Positions 50,074-60,385 of a DNA stretch of 64,000 bases are shown piece by piece. The DNA comes from an uncultured cyanobacterium (GTDB lineage Bacteria > Cyanobacteriota > Cyanobacteriia > Cyanobacteriales > CAWCAG01), in the NCBI GenBank assembly GCA_963793425.1, contig CAWCAG010000005.1, forward strand, positions 1,536,001-1,600,000, given 5' to 3'. A program made the translations under genes and the position numbers. The notes under the pieces are model-generated. The model was not told the origin of the DNA. It ran no database searches and was given only the letters and a program-made list of their open reading frames with translations. Position 1 is the first letter of the stretch; each line of letters starts with the position of its first letter.

Positions 50074-50354
50074 ATTTTACTGTCTTACAACAGAAAATTG
50101 CCCCGATTCATAACTTAACTTATTAAGTTACTGGGAGCTTATTATTCAAATTTAGAGCCTTCCCTAAAGAATATATAGTTTAGCTCTACTTGATCGCAGA
50201 ATGCACTAGCCCAATTATTCCCTAATTGTTCTAAAATCACCCGGTATTTACAGGAATTGGTATCATCTAAATTATAGAGAAAAAGCAAAGTAAATTGATC
50301 AACTTTTAACCTTAAAAAACGACAATTTATTTTCCCCAGCACAAAATATTTATA

Positions 50355-51083
50355 ATGAACAAGCAACCTGAAATCACAAAACATAGCGAACTACTCAATC
50401 GCTTAGTCTTGAACCGTCGCACCACAGATAAAATTGGTAACGTAGAAAAGATTTGGCTAGATCCTCAAGCCCATCGTGTACTTGGCTTAGTTTGTAAATC
50501 TGGTTTGCTTGGTATTCATAAAGACTTAGTTGCTTGGCAGCAAGTAGAAAAAATTGGCGAAGATGGCATCATAGTCAATCTGCCAACTGAAGAAAAAAGT
50601 AATGAAAAGCCTGAAAAAGATGAAATCTTAATCGGTCATGAAATTTGGACAGATGAAGGAACTAAGGTAGGTAATTTAGTAGATTATTTATTTATCCCCG
50701 AAACTGGAGAAGTTATTGGCTATTTGTTTGCTTCTAGTGGTTGGCGTGGTGTTGTAGAAGGAGTATATATGCTTACTCCTGTTGCTATTTCTAGTGTAGG
50801 AGATAGAAGAGTAATTGTCTTAGCAACTGCCTTAGAAAATCCTCGCCTATACCAAGAGGGAGTAAACCACAGAATTGAAGATATCAAAGATTATTTTCAA
50901 GAAGATTTAGCCCAAACCAAACAGGATTTACGAACTGCCATTGGCTTACCCAAAAGAGTAGTAGAGCAATTACAAGATGCCGCTGAATCAGCTACAGACA
51001 AAGTAAAAGATAGGTTCAAAGCTCAACCAGAACCTGATCAAAAAGAGGATGAGAAAATCAAGGATAGCGATCTTGAAAATTGA
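50355..51083 (+). CDS. PRC-barrel domain protein (two barrels)
   Basis: KIGNVEKIWLD and GHEIWTDEGTKVGNLVDYLF..TGEV motifs. Confidence 0.82.
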   Translation: MNKQPEITKHSELLNRLVLNRRTTDKIGNVEKIWLDPQAHRVLGLVCKSGLLGIHKDLVAWQQVEKIGEDGIIVNLPTEEKSNEKPEKDEILIGHEIWTDEGTKVGNLVDYLFIPETGEVIGYLFASSGWRGVVEGVYMLTPVAISSVGDRRVIVLATALENPRLYQEGVNHRIEDIKDYFQEDLAQTKQDLRTAIGLPKRVVEQLQDAAESATDKVKDRFKAQPEPDQKEDEKIKDSDLEN

Positions 51084-51104
51084 ATATTAAAAAGGAAAAA
51101 TAGA

Positions 51105-51449
51105 ATGCAAAGTTTACTGATATTAGCTGTGATTATTGCCATAGTCTCAGTATTTTTCGCTTTACAAAACCCTGTGACTGTCACTATTAATTTTATTATT
51201 TGGCAGTTTCAAGGCCCTTTAGCATTATTCCTACTCTTGACTTTAGGGGCAGGTGTTGTTGTGGGTTTCCTCTTTTCTGTACCTGCGGTAGTGAAAAGGA
51301 AGCTAAAAACTTTAGGTAAAAATAAAAGAATTAATGAATTAGAAGACGAAATGAATGCTAAGCAAGAGAAAATATTTGAGCAAGAAAAGAGAATAAAATA
51401 CTTAGAGCAAACCTTACAACAAAAAAGCAACTTGACAGAAGAAATGTAG
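51105..51449 (+). CDS. LapA/DUF1049 family membrane protein
   Basis: FALQNPVTVTINF..PLALFLL..G; two TM helices plus coiled coil. Confidence 0.82.
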   Translation: MQSLLILAVIIAIVSVFFALQNPVTVTINFIIWQFQGPLALFLLLTLGAGVVVGFLFSVPAVVKRKLKTLGKNKRINELEDEMNAKQEKIFEQEKRIKYLEQTLQQKSNLTEEM

Positions 51450-51500
51450 GTAAACAATCTAAGACTTAATCTTTGCTAATAGTTCAATGTTTGATGTTCA

Positions 51501-52181
51501 ATGATTCTATCTTCCTTAAAAAATAACCTCATCGTTTCCTGTCAAGCGCCAAAAAATTCCCCTTTACATAATCCCTTAATAATTGCAGCTATAGCAAAAG
51601 TAGCAATCAACTGTGGTGCAATGGGGGTACGGCTAGATACTCCTGATCATGTTCAAGCAGTCCGAGAAAACATTGGCGATGTACCAATTATTGGCTTGTG
51701 GAAACAGCAAATTCCTGGTTGCGAAGTTTATATTACTCCCCGCTTTAAAGATGCCGCTGCGATCGCTCAAGCGGGTGCTGATATTATTGCCATTGATGGG
51801 ACAGCAAGAGAACGTCCTAACGGGGAAACTTTAGAAGAATTAATTCCTCGAATTCACAAAGAATTAGACAAATTAGTCATGGCTGATGTTGATACCATAG
51901 AAAATGCGATTTTAGCAACAAAAGCAGGGGCAGATATTGTCGGTACAACCCTATATGGGTATACATCTCAAACCAAGGATTTATCTCCTCCTGGTTGGCA
52001 ATTACTTCAAGAAATGGTCACAAAATTAGCTATCCCCGCCATTTGCGAAGGGGGTATTGCTTCTCCAACTATGGCTAAAAAAGCGCTAGAATGGGGAGCC
52101 TATGCTGTAGTTGTAGGAACTGCCATTACGGGTATTGACCTCCAGATTCAAAATTACGTATCGATGCTTAGTTGTGACTAA
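51501..52181 (+). CDS. nanE: N-acetylmannosamine-6-phosphate 2-epimerase
   Basis: LIVSCQA, PIIGLWK, VYITP, VGTTLYGYT, ICEGGI, VVGTAIT. Confidence 0.94.
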   Translation: MILSSLKNNLIVSCQAPKNSPLHNPLIIAAIAKVAINCGAMGVRLDTPDHVQAVRENIGDVPIIGLWKQQIPGCEVYITPRFKDAAAIAQAGADIIAIDGTARERPNGETLEELIPRIHKELDKLVMADVDTIENAILATKAGADIVGTTLYGYTSQTKDLSPPGWQLLQEMVTKLAIPAICEGGIASPTMAKKALEWGAYAVVVGTAITGIDLQIQNYVSMLSCD

Positions 52182-52748
52182 ATGACTAATTCTTTGCAAT
52201 TCAGTATCATGTTTCTCTGTTTTTTGACTGCTGGGGCCTTATTTTGGGAAGGAAAGCGACCGAAAATAGAACCAGCGATCGCAGCCTCTTCTGAACAAGA
52301 ATTTATCCCAGCCAAACTAACTTCTTCATCTTTATTACAATTATCAGCCTCTCTAAGTAGTAGTTTAGTAGTTGATTTAAGCGATCGCACTGTATCTTTC
52401 TATGAGTTTGATAAATTAGTTACCAGCTATCCTGTAGCTATTGGTAAGGATGGTTGGGAAACCCCTACAGGTACTTTTTCAGTCAAAGACATGAATTCTC
52501 ATCCGGCTTGGTATCAACCCATCACTGGAGAAGTGATTCCCCCTGGTCCTGATAATCCTTTAGGATCAAGGTGGATTGGTTTTTGGTCTGATGGGGGAGA
52601 TGTTCACCAAATTGGCTTCCACGGTAGTAATCAAGAAGGTTCAATTGGAGAAGCTGCATCTCACGGCTGTTTACGAATGCGTAATGATGACATTGAAAAG
52701 ATGTACGAACAAGTTAGTGAAGGTACGATAGTTATTGTTCGTAAGTGA
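52182..52748 (+). CDS. L,D-transpeptidase (YkuD family)
   Basis: YPVAIGK..TPTG, NPLGSRWI, IGFHG...ASHGCLRM catalytic motif. Confidence 0.93.
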   Translation: MTNSLQFSIMFLCFLTAGALFWEGKRPKIEPAIAASSEQEFIPAKLTSSSLLQLSASLSSSLVVDLSDRTVSFYEFDKLVTSYPVAIGKDGWETPTGTFSVKDMNSHPAWYQPITGEVIPPGPDNPLGSRWIGFWSDGGDVHQIGFHGSNQEGSIGEAASHGCLRMRNDDIEKMYEQVSEGTIVIVRK

Positions 52749-52754
52749 TATCAG

Positions 52755-54461
52755 TTAAAACCCCAAATTTGCCTTACCTATCTCCGCCGCCGCAAAAACT
52801 TCCTCATCCGACATCTCTTCCCAAGCCGTATCGCCAATTTCAGCGTAGAAAGTTTGGTCATAGGGACGGGTACGCACTACCACAGGCATCGGCACGGCAT
52901 GGCCCAGCACAAGGGCTTGCTGTTTAGAATCAAGTTTAGCCAAAACAGAACGCAAACCACTAGCCCCGGAAACTCCTGTAAAGATGGCATCAATGTCCTT
53001 ATCATCGTTAAGCAAACAGGTGATGCGAGTACCTACTTGGGACATCACCTCGTTATCAATACCAGAAGGACGCTGATCGACGATTAATAGAGTAACAAAA
53101 TATTTACGCATTTCCCTGGCAATAGTACCAAAAATAGTTTGGTTAACAATCGCTGAATCGAGGAAGCGATGGGCTTCTTCAATGGTAATTACTAAAGGGC
53201 GAGGACGATCTTGAGGATTCTTGCTTTGGAGAAATTTATCTGCTTTCCTAACGTAATTGTGATGAATGCGCCTAGTCATCATATTAGTAACCAGCATATA
53301 AGAAAGCAGATTAGATTGAGAACCAAACTCAACCACAACGTGCTTCCCAGCATCAAGGGATTGCAGAATTTGGTCAATATAATTGCGGGGACAACTCGAA
53401 CGCATATACTTCAAACTATCGAGGCGCATCAGCTTACGTTGCAGTGCCATGATCGAACCTTTATGACCCTGCCTTTCCTCGCAAAACATCTCAATATCCT
53501 CATTAGTCATAGTCAAGAGGCTAATGATCCAATGTTTACCATATTCTGCAAGGAGAATATTCGCATTATCAATACTAGCATCGGATAAACTTAATTCACG
53601 ACTAACTAATCTTAGGTCTTCAAGCTCAATTTGATCGTAACCGAGATAAAGTTCTTGAGCATCTCTCACCCCTCGCCTTTTAGTAGCTTCCGGGTCTAAA
53701 GTGTAAATTTCTACCTGTCCTGGAAAAAGCTGCCGTAGCCCCTTAACAGTACTAAATTGCTTCCCTTCACTAACTGCCTCCCAACCATACTCTGAGTGCA
53801 TATCAAACATCAAATTAACGGCTGCTTGCTTACGGATAATGCCGGAAATTAACAGGCGAGTGAGAAATGATTTACCCGTACCAGATTTACCAAAAACTCC
53901 GTTGCTGCGTTCAATAAAACGGTCTAAATCCAAACAAACTGGCACATCCATATCTAGGGGTTTACCAATGGAAAAGTTTTTCCGCAGAGGGTCATCTTCC
54001 CAACCAAAGACAGCCCGGAAATCCCCTTCACTGGCTTCATAAACTTGGCTAAAATGACTGGGGATAGTTTTAACTGGTAGTAATTCTATTTCGCTACTGG
54101 TTTGGGCTTGGAAGGAAGCCAAGGAAGTATCCTTTGGGAATTCTTGGGATGTTCCTGTGGTGGGGGTAAACATCAACATCGGTGAAAGATTCACCATCCC
54201 ATAGGTTCCACTCCCGGCTAATACTTCCCGCAAAAAGTCATCCTGGGGACTGGGGGGATTGGCCATGATCCTTTGACTGGCGGTTCCTAAAGTCACATCG
54301 GTGAGGAGGCAAAAAAAGCGCGATCGCATCCCCTGTACAACCAGGAATTTACCCACCCGCATATCTTCTACCAATACGTCTGGGTGCAAGCGTATTTCTA
54401 AGCCCTGGCTAAGGGAACCTTGAATTACTGAACCAAGGGGTTTATCAGAGTTGGTCATCAA
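52755..54461 (-). CDS. HerA/FtsK-superfamily ATPase (HAS barrel + DUF87-like)
   Basis: N-terminal barrel; Walker A GKSGTGKS; FDMHSEYG; Walker B ITIEEAHRF; AREMRKY; DQRPS. Confidence 0.88.
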   Translation of the reverse strand: MMTNSDKPLGSVIQGSLSQGLEIRLHPDVLVEDMRVGKFLVVQGMRSRFFCLLTDVTLGTASQRIMANPPSPQDDFLREVLAGSGTYGMVNLSPMLMFTPTTGTSQEFPKDTSLASFQAQTSSEIELLPVKTIPSHFSQVYEASEGDFRAVFGWEDDPLRKNFSIGKPLDMDVPVCLDLDRFIERSNGVFGKSGTGKSFLTRLLISGIIRKQAAVNLMFDMHSEYGWEAVSEGKQFSTVKGLRQLFPGQVEIYTLDPEATKRRGVRDAQELYLGYDQIELEDLRLVSRELSLSDASIDNANILLAEYGKHWIISLLTMTNEDIEMFCEERQGHKGSIMALQRKLMRLDSLKYMRSSCPRNYIDQILQSLDAGKHVVVEFGSQSNLLSYMLVTNMMTRRIHHNYVRKADKFLQSKNPQDRPRPLVITIEEAHRFLDSAIVNQTIFGTIAREMRKYFVTLLIVDQRPSGIDNEVMSQVGTRITCLLNDDKDIDAIFTGVSGASGLRSVLAKLDSKQQALVLGHAVPMPVVVRTRPYDQTFYAEIGDTAWEEMSDEEVFAAAEIGKANLGF

Positions 54462-54497
54462 AATAATACTAACCTGCCAGGAATACTTTTGTACTTA

Positions 54498-55361
54498 TTA
54501 ATTTAGCGTATCAGGATCTATTCCTAACTCCCTTAATTTAGCGGCTAACTGTTCTGCTTTTAATTCTGCTTCACTAGCTCTTAATTTAGCTTCAATTGCT
54601 TCTTGCTGCGCCTCCAAGATTTCCTGTTGCGCCTCAAAAGCCTCAAGTCTTGCCTCAATCGCCTCTTCTTGTGCGGCAATCACCTTTTCTTCAGGTATAG
54701 GAATTAATTCTCCTTCTAAAGTTAACCAGCGCAGCCATAACTTTTCTATATCCTTAAATTCCCCTCGCCAAGTACCCAAACTTAAACCCAACTCCGGCAC
54801 AACCAAGCGCCCCTGGTTTAACTCAAATTCTTGGTATTTTCCTTCCCTAAGTTGAAATACTTTGAGTTGGTTTGTATAACGACTAAAGACGATGTAGTAA
54901 GGAACTTGTAATATCTGTTCGTATACTTCCCATTTTGTGGGTGGTTCCCCTCGTTTACTAGTAGTCTCTCCTAAATCTTCAGCTTCTGTACCAGGAGATA
55001 ACAATTCTACTACCACCAAGGGGTTAGCTTCCTCTTGCCAAGTTACATAACTTAAGCGCATATCTTCCCCTTTATACAATCTCGGTACACCCACAACCCC
55101 AAACCAGTCAGGGCGTTTATACCACCGAGTATGCTGAAGATCGTAGTAAAGATTCATATCTGTGGCACTGTAGATTAAATCTTTAGCCCAAGTGGTGGGG
55201 ATAAAGGTTAAATAAAGTAATAGAGGTTGAAAAAAATGAAATTCGTCAGGCAAACCGGGTTCCTCTGGATTCTCACTCGGAAGATCGTACATCGTCGGTA
55301 GACCATTTTGAGAAGTGAGAATCTGTTGGTTTAAGTTAGGAAACGAAGCTGAAGAAGTCAT
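54498..55361 (-). CDS. Uma2 family (DUF820) putative endonuclease
   Basis: YDLPSENPEEPGLPDEFH, RPDWFGV, VVELLSPGT, KWEVYEQIL; coiled-coil tail ending LRELGIDPD. Confidence 0.9.
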   Translation of the reverse strand: MTSSASFPNLNQQILTSQNGLPTMYDLPSENPEEPGLPDEFHFFQPLLLYLTFIPTTWAKDLIYSATDMNLYYDLQHTRWYKRPDWFGVVGVPRLYKGEDMRLSYVTWQEEANPLVVVELLSPGTEAEDLGETTSKRGEPPTKWEVYEQILQVPYYIVFSRYTNQLKVFQLREGKYQEFELNQGRLVVPELGLSLGTWRGEFKDIEKLWLRWLTLEGELIPIPEEKVIAAQEEAIEARLEAFEAQQEILEAQQEAIEAKLRASEAELKAEQLAAKLRELGIDPDTLN

Positions 55362-55418
55362 TATTAAAAAGCCGATAACTATTGCCAGTCGCCGTAGAAA
55401 CAGATAATAACTGATAAC

Positions 55419-55445
55419 TGTACGGCTTTACCGTTGCCTTTAAGC
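55419..55445 (+). repeat. Short dispersed repeat (SDR-like)
   Basis: TGTACGGCTTTACCGTTGCCTTTAAGC preceded by GATAACT heptamers. Confidence 0.65.
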
Positions 55446-55453
55446 ATCATTGA

Positions 55454-56323
55454 TCAGCAAAGCACATCTACTGTTTCCCAAGCAGCGCCGCGAGTTAAAC
55501 GTATTTGTGCTAAAGCAAAAATAGTGGGAATAATACGGCCATAATTAGTGGCGATCGCCCGCCAGCCTAAATCAGCCATAAAACAGCCCCATAACAAAGG
55601 CCCTACCATGGCAAAAACTCCTCTCATTGCTGCGTGGCGGGCTGTGGTTATAGCCATACCTCTCCTTGCTGCTTGCATCGCTAGATGGCTCTGAAACTGA
55701 GCTGTAGCAGCCGCACCGCCTTTAATCATAGCGTTCCTAGCCACTTGATAACTAGCAAAATGAATAGCAAACTGGCGGGCGATTTGCTGTAGTATCAAAG
55801 GTTTAAGCACTGAACTAACAGCGACAACACTACTACCTTTGAGGAAAATATTAATGGGGTTATGTTGCAATTGTATAGGTAGAGGTTCAGGGAACTTAGA
55901 CTGAGCTAAGGATTTCTGTACCTTAGCTGTTAAACAACGCTTCTCCTGTGGTGGTAATTTTTGCCAAGCTTTACCCACTAAATGTAAAAATATTTCTGCT
56001 TCAATATCTGTAGTAGATAACTTTTCAGAATAGGGAATTTTTAGGTAACGACAAACTTGAATAAGTATTTGTCTATAACTGACTTCTTGGGCTTGCCCTC
56101 GCAAAACAGTCAAGCCGTCAGCAGCTAAGTAGCGAAATCGCTGTTCTAGGCTGTCTAACCAAATTTCTCTATCCTTGCTTTGCACATCTATTGGATCTAC
56201 GCTCTGGAAATAATCGAGGGGATTAAATTTACGACAAAAAAGAATATGGGTAAGCTGTTGTAATTCTTCTTCTGTGCCTAATTCCAGCGCGGGCCTGAGT
56301 TCGTCCAACGTTTTTCCCTCCAC
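55454..56323 (-). CDS. YaaW/UPF0174-like protein
   Basis: DELRPALEL, RFRYLAADG, YRQILIQVC, IATNYGRIIPTIFALAQIRL. Confidence 0.78.
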   Translation of the reverse strand: MEGKTLDELRPALELGTEEELQQLTHILFCRKFNPLDYFQSVDPIDVQSKDREIWLDSLEQRFRYLAADGLTVLRGQAQEVSYRQILIQVCRYLKIPYSEKLSTTDIEAEIFLHLVGKAWQKLPPQEKRCLTAKVQKSLAQSKFPEPLPIQLQHNPINIFLKGSSVVAVSSVLKPLILQQIARQFAIHFASYQVARNAMIKGGAAATAQFQSHLAMQAARRGMAITTARHAAMRGVFAMVGPLLWGCFMADLGWRAIATNYGRIIPTIFALAQIRLTRGAAWETVDVLC

Positions 56324-56430
56324 AACACCGGATTTTTTAAGTTCTGGGTTCTATTCTACTACTTGATAATTGTTAATTGCTAATTGCTAATGGTTTTTCC
56401 CTGCCCTTAACCCCTAAGTCCCTATAAGCC

Positions 56431-56439
56431 TGTTATAAT
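56431..56439 (+). promoter_or_regulatory. Extended -10 promoter element for ssrA
   Basis: TGTTATAAT (TGn + TATAAT) 15 nt upstream of the mature tmRNA 5' end. Confidence 0.6.
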
Positions 56440-56454
56440 AATTAAGTATCACAA

Positions 56455-56849
56455 GGGGCCGTCACGGTTTCGACAAGTTAGTGAAAACTTATCTGTGATT
56501 CAGGTCGAGAGTGAATCTCCTCTCGTAAATACAAGATTCAAAAACAATGTAAATGCGAACAACATCGTTCCTTTTGCTCGTAAGACAACCGCTGTTGCTG
56601 TTGCCTAAAAAAAACCTCTTATAGGTCCGAGCATCTGTAGTCTGACTCCGTTAAGGGCTGTAGATATAACCCCAACGGATGCTTTTTTTACTTTGCCTCT
56701 GGTCAGGTAAAAAACTAAGAACTTACTAGAGCATCCTATCGTCCGGGATAAAGGCCGATCCCCGCCTTGAGGGTTAAAAGGGCTAAGCCTGTGAACGAAT
56801 AGAAAGTCAATAACTAATTTGGACAGCAGTTCGACTCTGCTCGGCTCCA
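56455..56849 (+). ncRNA. ssrA: tmRNA (one-piece)
   Basis: 5' GGGGCCGTCACGGTTTCGAC pairs with 3' CGGCTCCA, giving the G3.U Ala determinant; T-arm AGCAGTTCGACTCTGCT; tag ORF ANNIVPFARKTTAVAVA* at 56555-56608; CCA not encoded. Confidence 0.97.
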
Positions 56850-56864
56850 TTCTGTATAAATACT

Positions 56865-56902
56865 AAATGCGCTTTGCTTCTACTGATGCAAGGCGCATTT
56901 TT
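56865..56902 (+). terminator. Intrinsic terminator of ssrA
   Basis: AAATGCGCTTTGC...GCAAGGCGCATTTTT. Confidence 0.85.
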
Positions 56903-57036
56903 GCTGACCTAAATTAAGTAATAACTAGGGAATGTCAGTAAAAAAAGCTAATCTCTACTCTATCGATCCGGAATGTTTCCCCTATCCTAGGAAAGAGTAT
57001 CGGACACACCTAAGCTGGTGTTAACAACAGAAAGCT

Positions 57037-57999
57037 ATGGGATTGTACTCATATTCTTTTGTCAAAATGAACCAAACACCAAAAATAGCCATCCCTGAGA
57101 CAGGATTACTCTCAATCCTGAACAAAATAGAATCCCAACTGTTAGAAAGTGAAGTTTGTCGCCAAGCAATAGCAAAGTTAAAACCTCTATTTGGTAAAAA
57201 TAGCCAACTAGCTGAAACCGTGGTTCAAACGGTAGGGCGAGAGGCAATTAAGCTTACTATCAAGCAAGTAGCGGCACAGAGCCAAACCTTAGCTCAAGCA
57301 ACTTCACCTAGCCAAATTCCTGAAGCACAGATGTCTTTATTTCCTTCTGAGGAATCTTGCTCAGAAGAATTGAGACTTCCTGATGGGTCAAGCAAACGCT
57401 TAGAAAGACCTATTGGTGCAACCATACCTTTACCAAAAAAACATACCAAAGTAAAGAAATTGGCAAGACAAGAAGAAATGCAATATAGAGAGCAGCAATT
57501 TCGCAAAGTTGGTCATCTCTTAAAAGAAGCTCGCCAAGCCCAGTCTATCTCTATTAGGCAACTAAATAACCAAACCTTAGTTCCTCTTCATCAAATTGAA
57601 GCAATCGAAGCAGGAATAGCTCATAATCCAGCAGAAGATATTTATGTTCGGGGTTTTGTGCGCCGTCTTGGTAATGCTTTAGGCTTAAATGGAGTTAAGC
57701 TGGTTTCCTTCTTACCAAAACCCAAGGAAGATTCCGTTCTTCCTTCTTGGAACTGCTCTAAGTCTGGTTCCGGAATGGATATTAAATTAGCTCACCTCTA
57801 TGTCGGCTATACCGCTATGGTGGCAGGTTCTTTGGGAGGTTTAGCTTGGATGGGTAACCAAGGAGCGCCCAGCGTCTCTGTGGAACCAGAAGTTCCGGCT
57901 ACTTCAGAAGAATCTATATCTTCTTCCTCAAGGTATAGCAATGCTACCCCTGAACCAAAAACCAATGTTGCACCACCGGAAACTTTGGGGGGATTTTGA
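57037..57999 (+). CDS. RodZ-like XRE helix-turn-helix membrane protein
   Basis: VGHLLKEARQ..IEAIEAG..EDIYVRGFVRRLGNALGL, then HLYVGY and a TM helix. Start uncertain. Confidence 0.8.
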   Translation: MGLYSYSFVKMNQTPKIAIPETGLLSILNKIESQLLESEVCRQAIAKLKPLFGKNSQLAETVVQTVGREAIKLTIKQVAAQSQTLAQATSPSQIPEAQMSLFPSEESCSEELRLPDGSSKRLERPIGATIPLPKKHTKVKKLARQEEMQYREQQFRKVGHLLKEARQAQSISIRQLNNQTLVPLHQIEAIEAGIAHNPAEDIYVRGFVRRLGNALGLNGVKLVSFLPKPKEDSVLPSWNCSKSGSGMDIKLAHLYVGYTAMVAGSLGGLAWMGNQGAPSVSVEPEVPATSEESISSSSRYSNATPEPKTNVAPPETLGGF

Positions 58000-58146
58000 T
58001 TAGTTGAAAGTGAGGTTAGGGTAAAAAAAAGAGAAAAGATTGTTTTTTATTATTTGATGACTTTCTCTCTGTTGTTAATCACCTTGATAGTTATTGTTCC
58101 TCTTAACATTTGCTCCTGAATTTCTCAATCTCCCTAACCAAATCTT

Positions 58147-59253
58147 TTAACCTAATACCAGATTATCGCGGTGAATTACAGTTTCTGCGCCCACGTAGCC
58201 CAGAATTTCTGGTATTTCTTCGGAACGATGTCCTTTAATAAGTTGAATTTCTGCACTGCTATAATTAACAATGCCTCTGGCAATTTCTTGATTTTGCCCG
58301 TTAATTAACTGTACTGCCTCGGAAGCTTGGAAGTCCCCTTCCACTTGAGTAATTCCTGGGGCTAATAAAGACTTACCCCCTTGACAAATCGCTTTTACTG
58401 CTCCTGAATCGAGGTAAAGCTTGCCTATAGGTACTAAACCGTGGGCAATCCAACGCTTACGAGCTTTTTCACTACGGGGTTGAGGCTCAAATTGAGTACC
58501 GATGAGGTTGCCTTGCAAAATTTGAGCCATTTGCTGAGGGCGAGAACCTTTCGTAATTACTGTTCTTACCCCTGCACCAGTGGCAATGCGGGCTGCAGCT
58601 AATTTAGTTACCATACCTCCAGTCCCCCATTGAGAACCACTAGAACCCACTTCTACCTTTAATTGAGCTAATTCTTCTGCGCTAACTAAGCTAATGGGGA
58701 GGGCTTGAGGAAATTGACGGGGATCGGCGGAGTAAAGTCCGTCAACGTCAGTTAATAGAAAGAGCCAATCTGCTTCTACTAAACTAGCAACTAGGGCTGA
58801 AAGGGTGTCATTATCACCAAATTTAAGCTCTTCTACAGCGACTGTATCGTTTTCATTAACAATGGGAATCACCCCTAATTGCAGCAATTCCTGAAAAGTA
58901 TTACGAGCATTAACATAGCAACTTCTAGACATTAAATCGCGACGAGTGAGCAAAACTTGGGCGATAGGTTGTTGCAAGGTGGTGAATAAATCATCATATA
59001 CTCGCATTAATCTTCCCTGTCCTACGGCAGCTACAGCTTGTTTTGTAGCCATAGTCTTGGGTCTTTCTTTTAGCCCTAAACGAGTGCAACCAACCCCTAC
59101 TGCCCCAGAAGAAACTAAGATAATGCGCTCCCCCGATGAGTGCAAATGAGTGAGGGTTTCTACTAACGAACCGATAGTAGCTAGGGCTAATTGTCCTGTG
59201 TTTGGATGAGTCAGGCTGGATGTACCAATTTTAATAACTAGGGTTCGAGACAT
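58147..59253 (-). CDS. proB: Glutamate 5-kinase
   Basis: [37 protein letters not shown]-terminal PUA domain ending IHRDNLV. Confidence 0.97.
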   Translation of the reverse strand: MSRTLVIKIGTSSLTHPNTGQLALATIGSLVETLTHLHSSGERIILVSSGAVGVGCTRLGLKERPKTMATKQAVAAVGQGRLMRVYDDLFTTLQQPIAQVLLTRRDLMSRSCYVNARNTFQELLQLGVIPIVNENDTVAVEELKFGDNDTLSALVASLVEADWLFLLTDVDGLYSADPRQFPQALPISLVSAEELAQLKVEVGSSGSQWGTGGMVTKLAAARIATGAGVRTVITKGSRPQQMAQILQGNLIGTQFEPQPRSEKARKRWIAHGLVPIGKLYLDSGAVKAICQGGKSLLAPGITQVEGDFQASEAVQLINGQNQEIARGIVNYSSAEIQLIKGHRSEEIPEILGYVGAETVIHRDNLVLG

Positions 59254-59846
59254 TGCCCCTTCCTTAATTCGGCTAAATCTTCAGGAGTATTGCAGTTAAA
59301 TAAAATTTCTTTGTCTTTGAGCGGTAATTCTTGAACAGGATGCTGATCTAACCAGCCTTGAAAAGACCTCCCTCCGGCTTCTAAATAAGCTTGTAGCTGG
59401 GGTAAGCAGCTAGAGCGATAAAAACCGCATAAAGGTTGCCAACCCTGCTTATCTCTTGGCAGAAGGGCAATTGTTTCTGGGGAGATACTAGTTAAACTTA
59501 TTACCCCTTGATTTAATATCCCTGGCTCTAATTTAGGCAGATCACAAGCAAGCACAAGCACCCAATCAGTCTTTACCTGGGGCAAAGCTTGGGAAAGGGC
59601 AACCAAAGGGCCATCAGGAGATTTTTCTTTGATAAAATCACAACCTTCCGGGACAATTTCTTGATATTTTTCTGGACAAGAGGTAACCACATAAACTTGC
59701 TCACTACATCCCTTAGCAATCTGACAAGTGCGGTGCAACATTGGTTCAGTATTAACAGGGAGAAGAGCCTTATCTTGACCCAAACGAGAACTCTTTCCTC
59801 CAGCTAAAATCAGAGCAGTAAGAGAGGGGGCAGATGGGAATTCCAT
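59238..59846 (-). CDS. mobA: Molybdenum cofactor guanylyltransferase
   Basis: [38 protein letters not shown]. Confidence 0.93.
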   Translation of the reverse strand: MEFPSAPSLTALILAGGKSSRLGQDKALLPVNTEPMLHRTCQIAKGCSEQVYVVTSCPEKYQEIVPEGCDFIKEKSPDGPLVALSQALPQVKTDWVLVLACDLPKLEPGILNQGVISLTSISPETIALLPRDKQGWQPLCGFYRSSCLPQLQAYLEAGGRSFQGWLDQHPVQELPLKDKEILFNCNTPEDLAELRKGQCLEP

Positions 59847-59940
59847 AATGGCAGATCAGGGAAATTTTTAACTGAATAGAGACGATTTTGCCCCTTAGTT
59901 GCTAGACTTTGGTTAGCCAGCCTTTGACCTTTGATCAACT

Positions 59941-60321
59941 ATGGCAGATAAAGACCCTTTTCAAGAAGAAAACCTCAAGCAATTACAACTCTTTATTTAT
60001 CTAGTCCCTGTGCTAGGTCTTCTACCTTCTTTATGGACACTGTACAGTAGCAAGGGGAGCAAGGAGCAAAAAAAAGTCAGTCGTTTATCTGTAACCTTAG
60101 CCTCAACTTGGCTTCTTGCTTACTCTTTATTATGGATGGGGTCAGCCCAAACGACAGAATTTGCCACAATGCGTTTATTATTTATCAATAGTATGTTAAC
60201 CTCTGGTTACTTTTTGGTATGTCTGGGTTTGATGGTGCGTCTGTGGAAGCGTAAATCTCCTCGCCTTCCTCTTTTTAGTAGGATTGCTGAGGGTTTTGTC
60301 CGTAAATATTTATCATCATAG
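59941..60321 (+). CDS. Hypothetical small membrane protein
   Basis: Three hydrophobic segments; co-oriented upstream of the LCP gene. Confidence 0.72.
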   Translation: MADKDPFQEENLKQLQLFIYLVPVLGLLPSLWTLYSSKGSKEQKKVSRLSVTLASTWLLAYSLLWMGSAQTTEFATMRLLFINSMLTSGYFLVCLGLMVRLWKRKSPRLPLFSRIAEGFVRKYLSS

Positions 60322-60385
60322 GGATGCTTTTGCCCCTAACAACTCAACCGCCTTCAAACTTTATTTTTTGTGTGTGAGGAAGCCA

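Noticed and set aside
50142..50384. 80-aa minus-strand ORF in the spacer before the PRC-barrel gene
   Set aside because: It overlaps the PRC-barrel gene start head-to-head and has no recognisable features
54560..54680. Heptad repeats in the Uma2 C-terminus
   Set aside because: Variable coiled-coil tails are routine in cyanobacterial Uma2 proteins
56605..56850. 81-aa minus-strand ORF
   Set aside because: It lies antisense within the tmRNA gene
56850..58000. Possible genomic island integrated at the ssrA 3' end
   Set aside because: No integrase and no duplicated ssrA 3' end seen; ordinary genes follow
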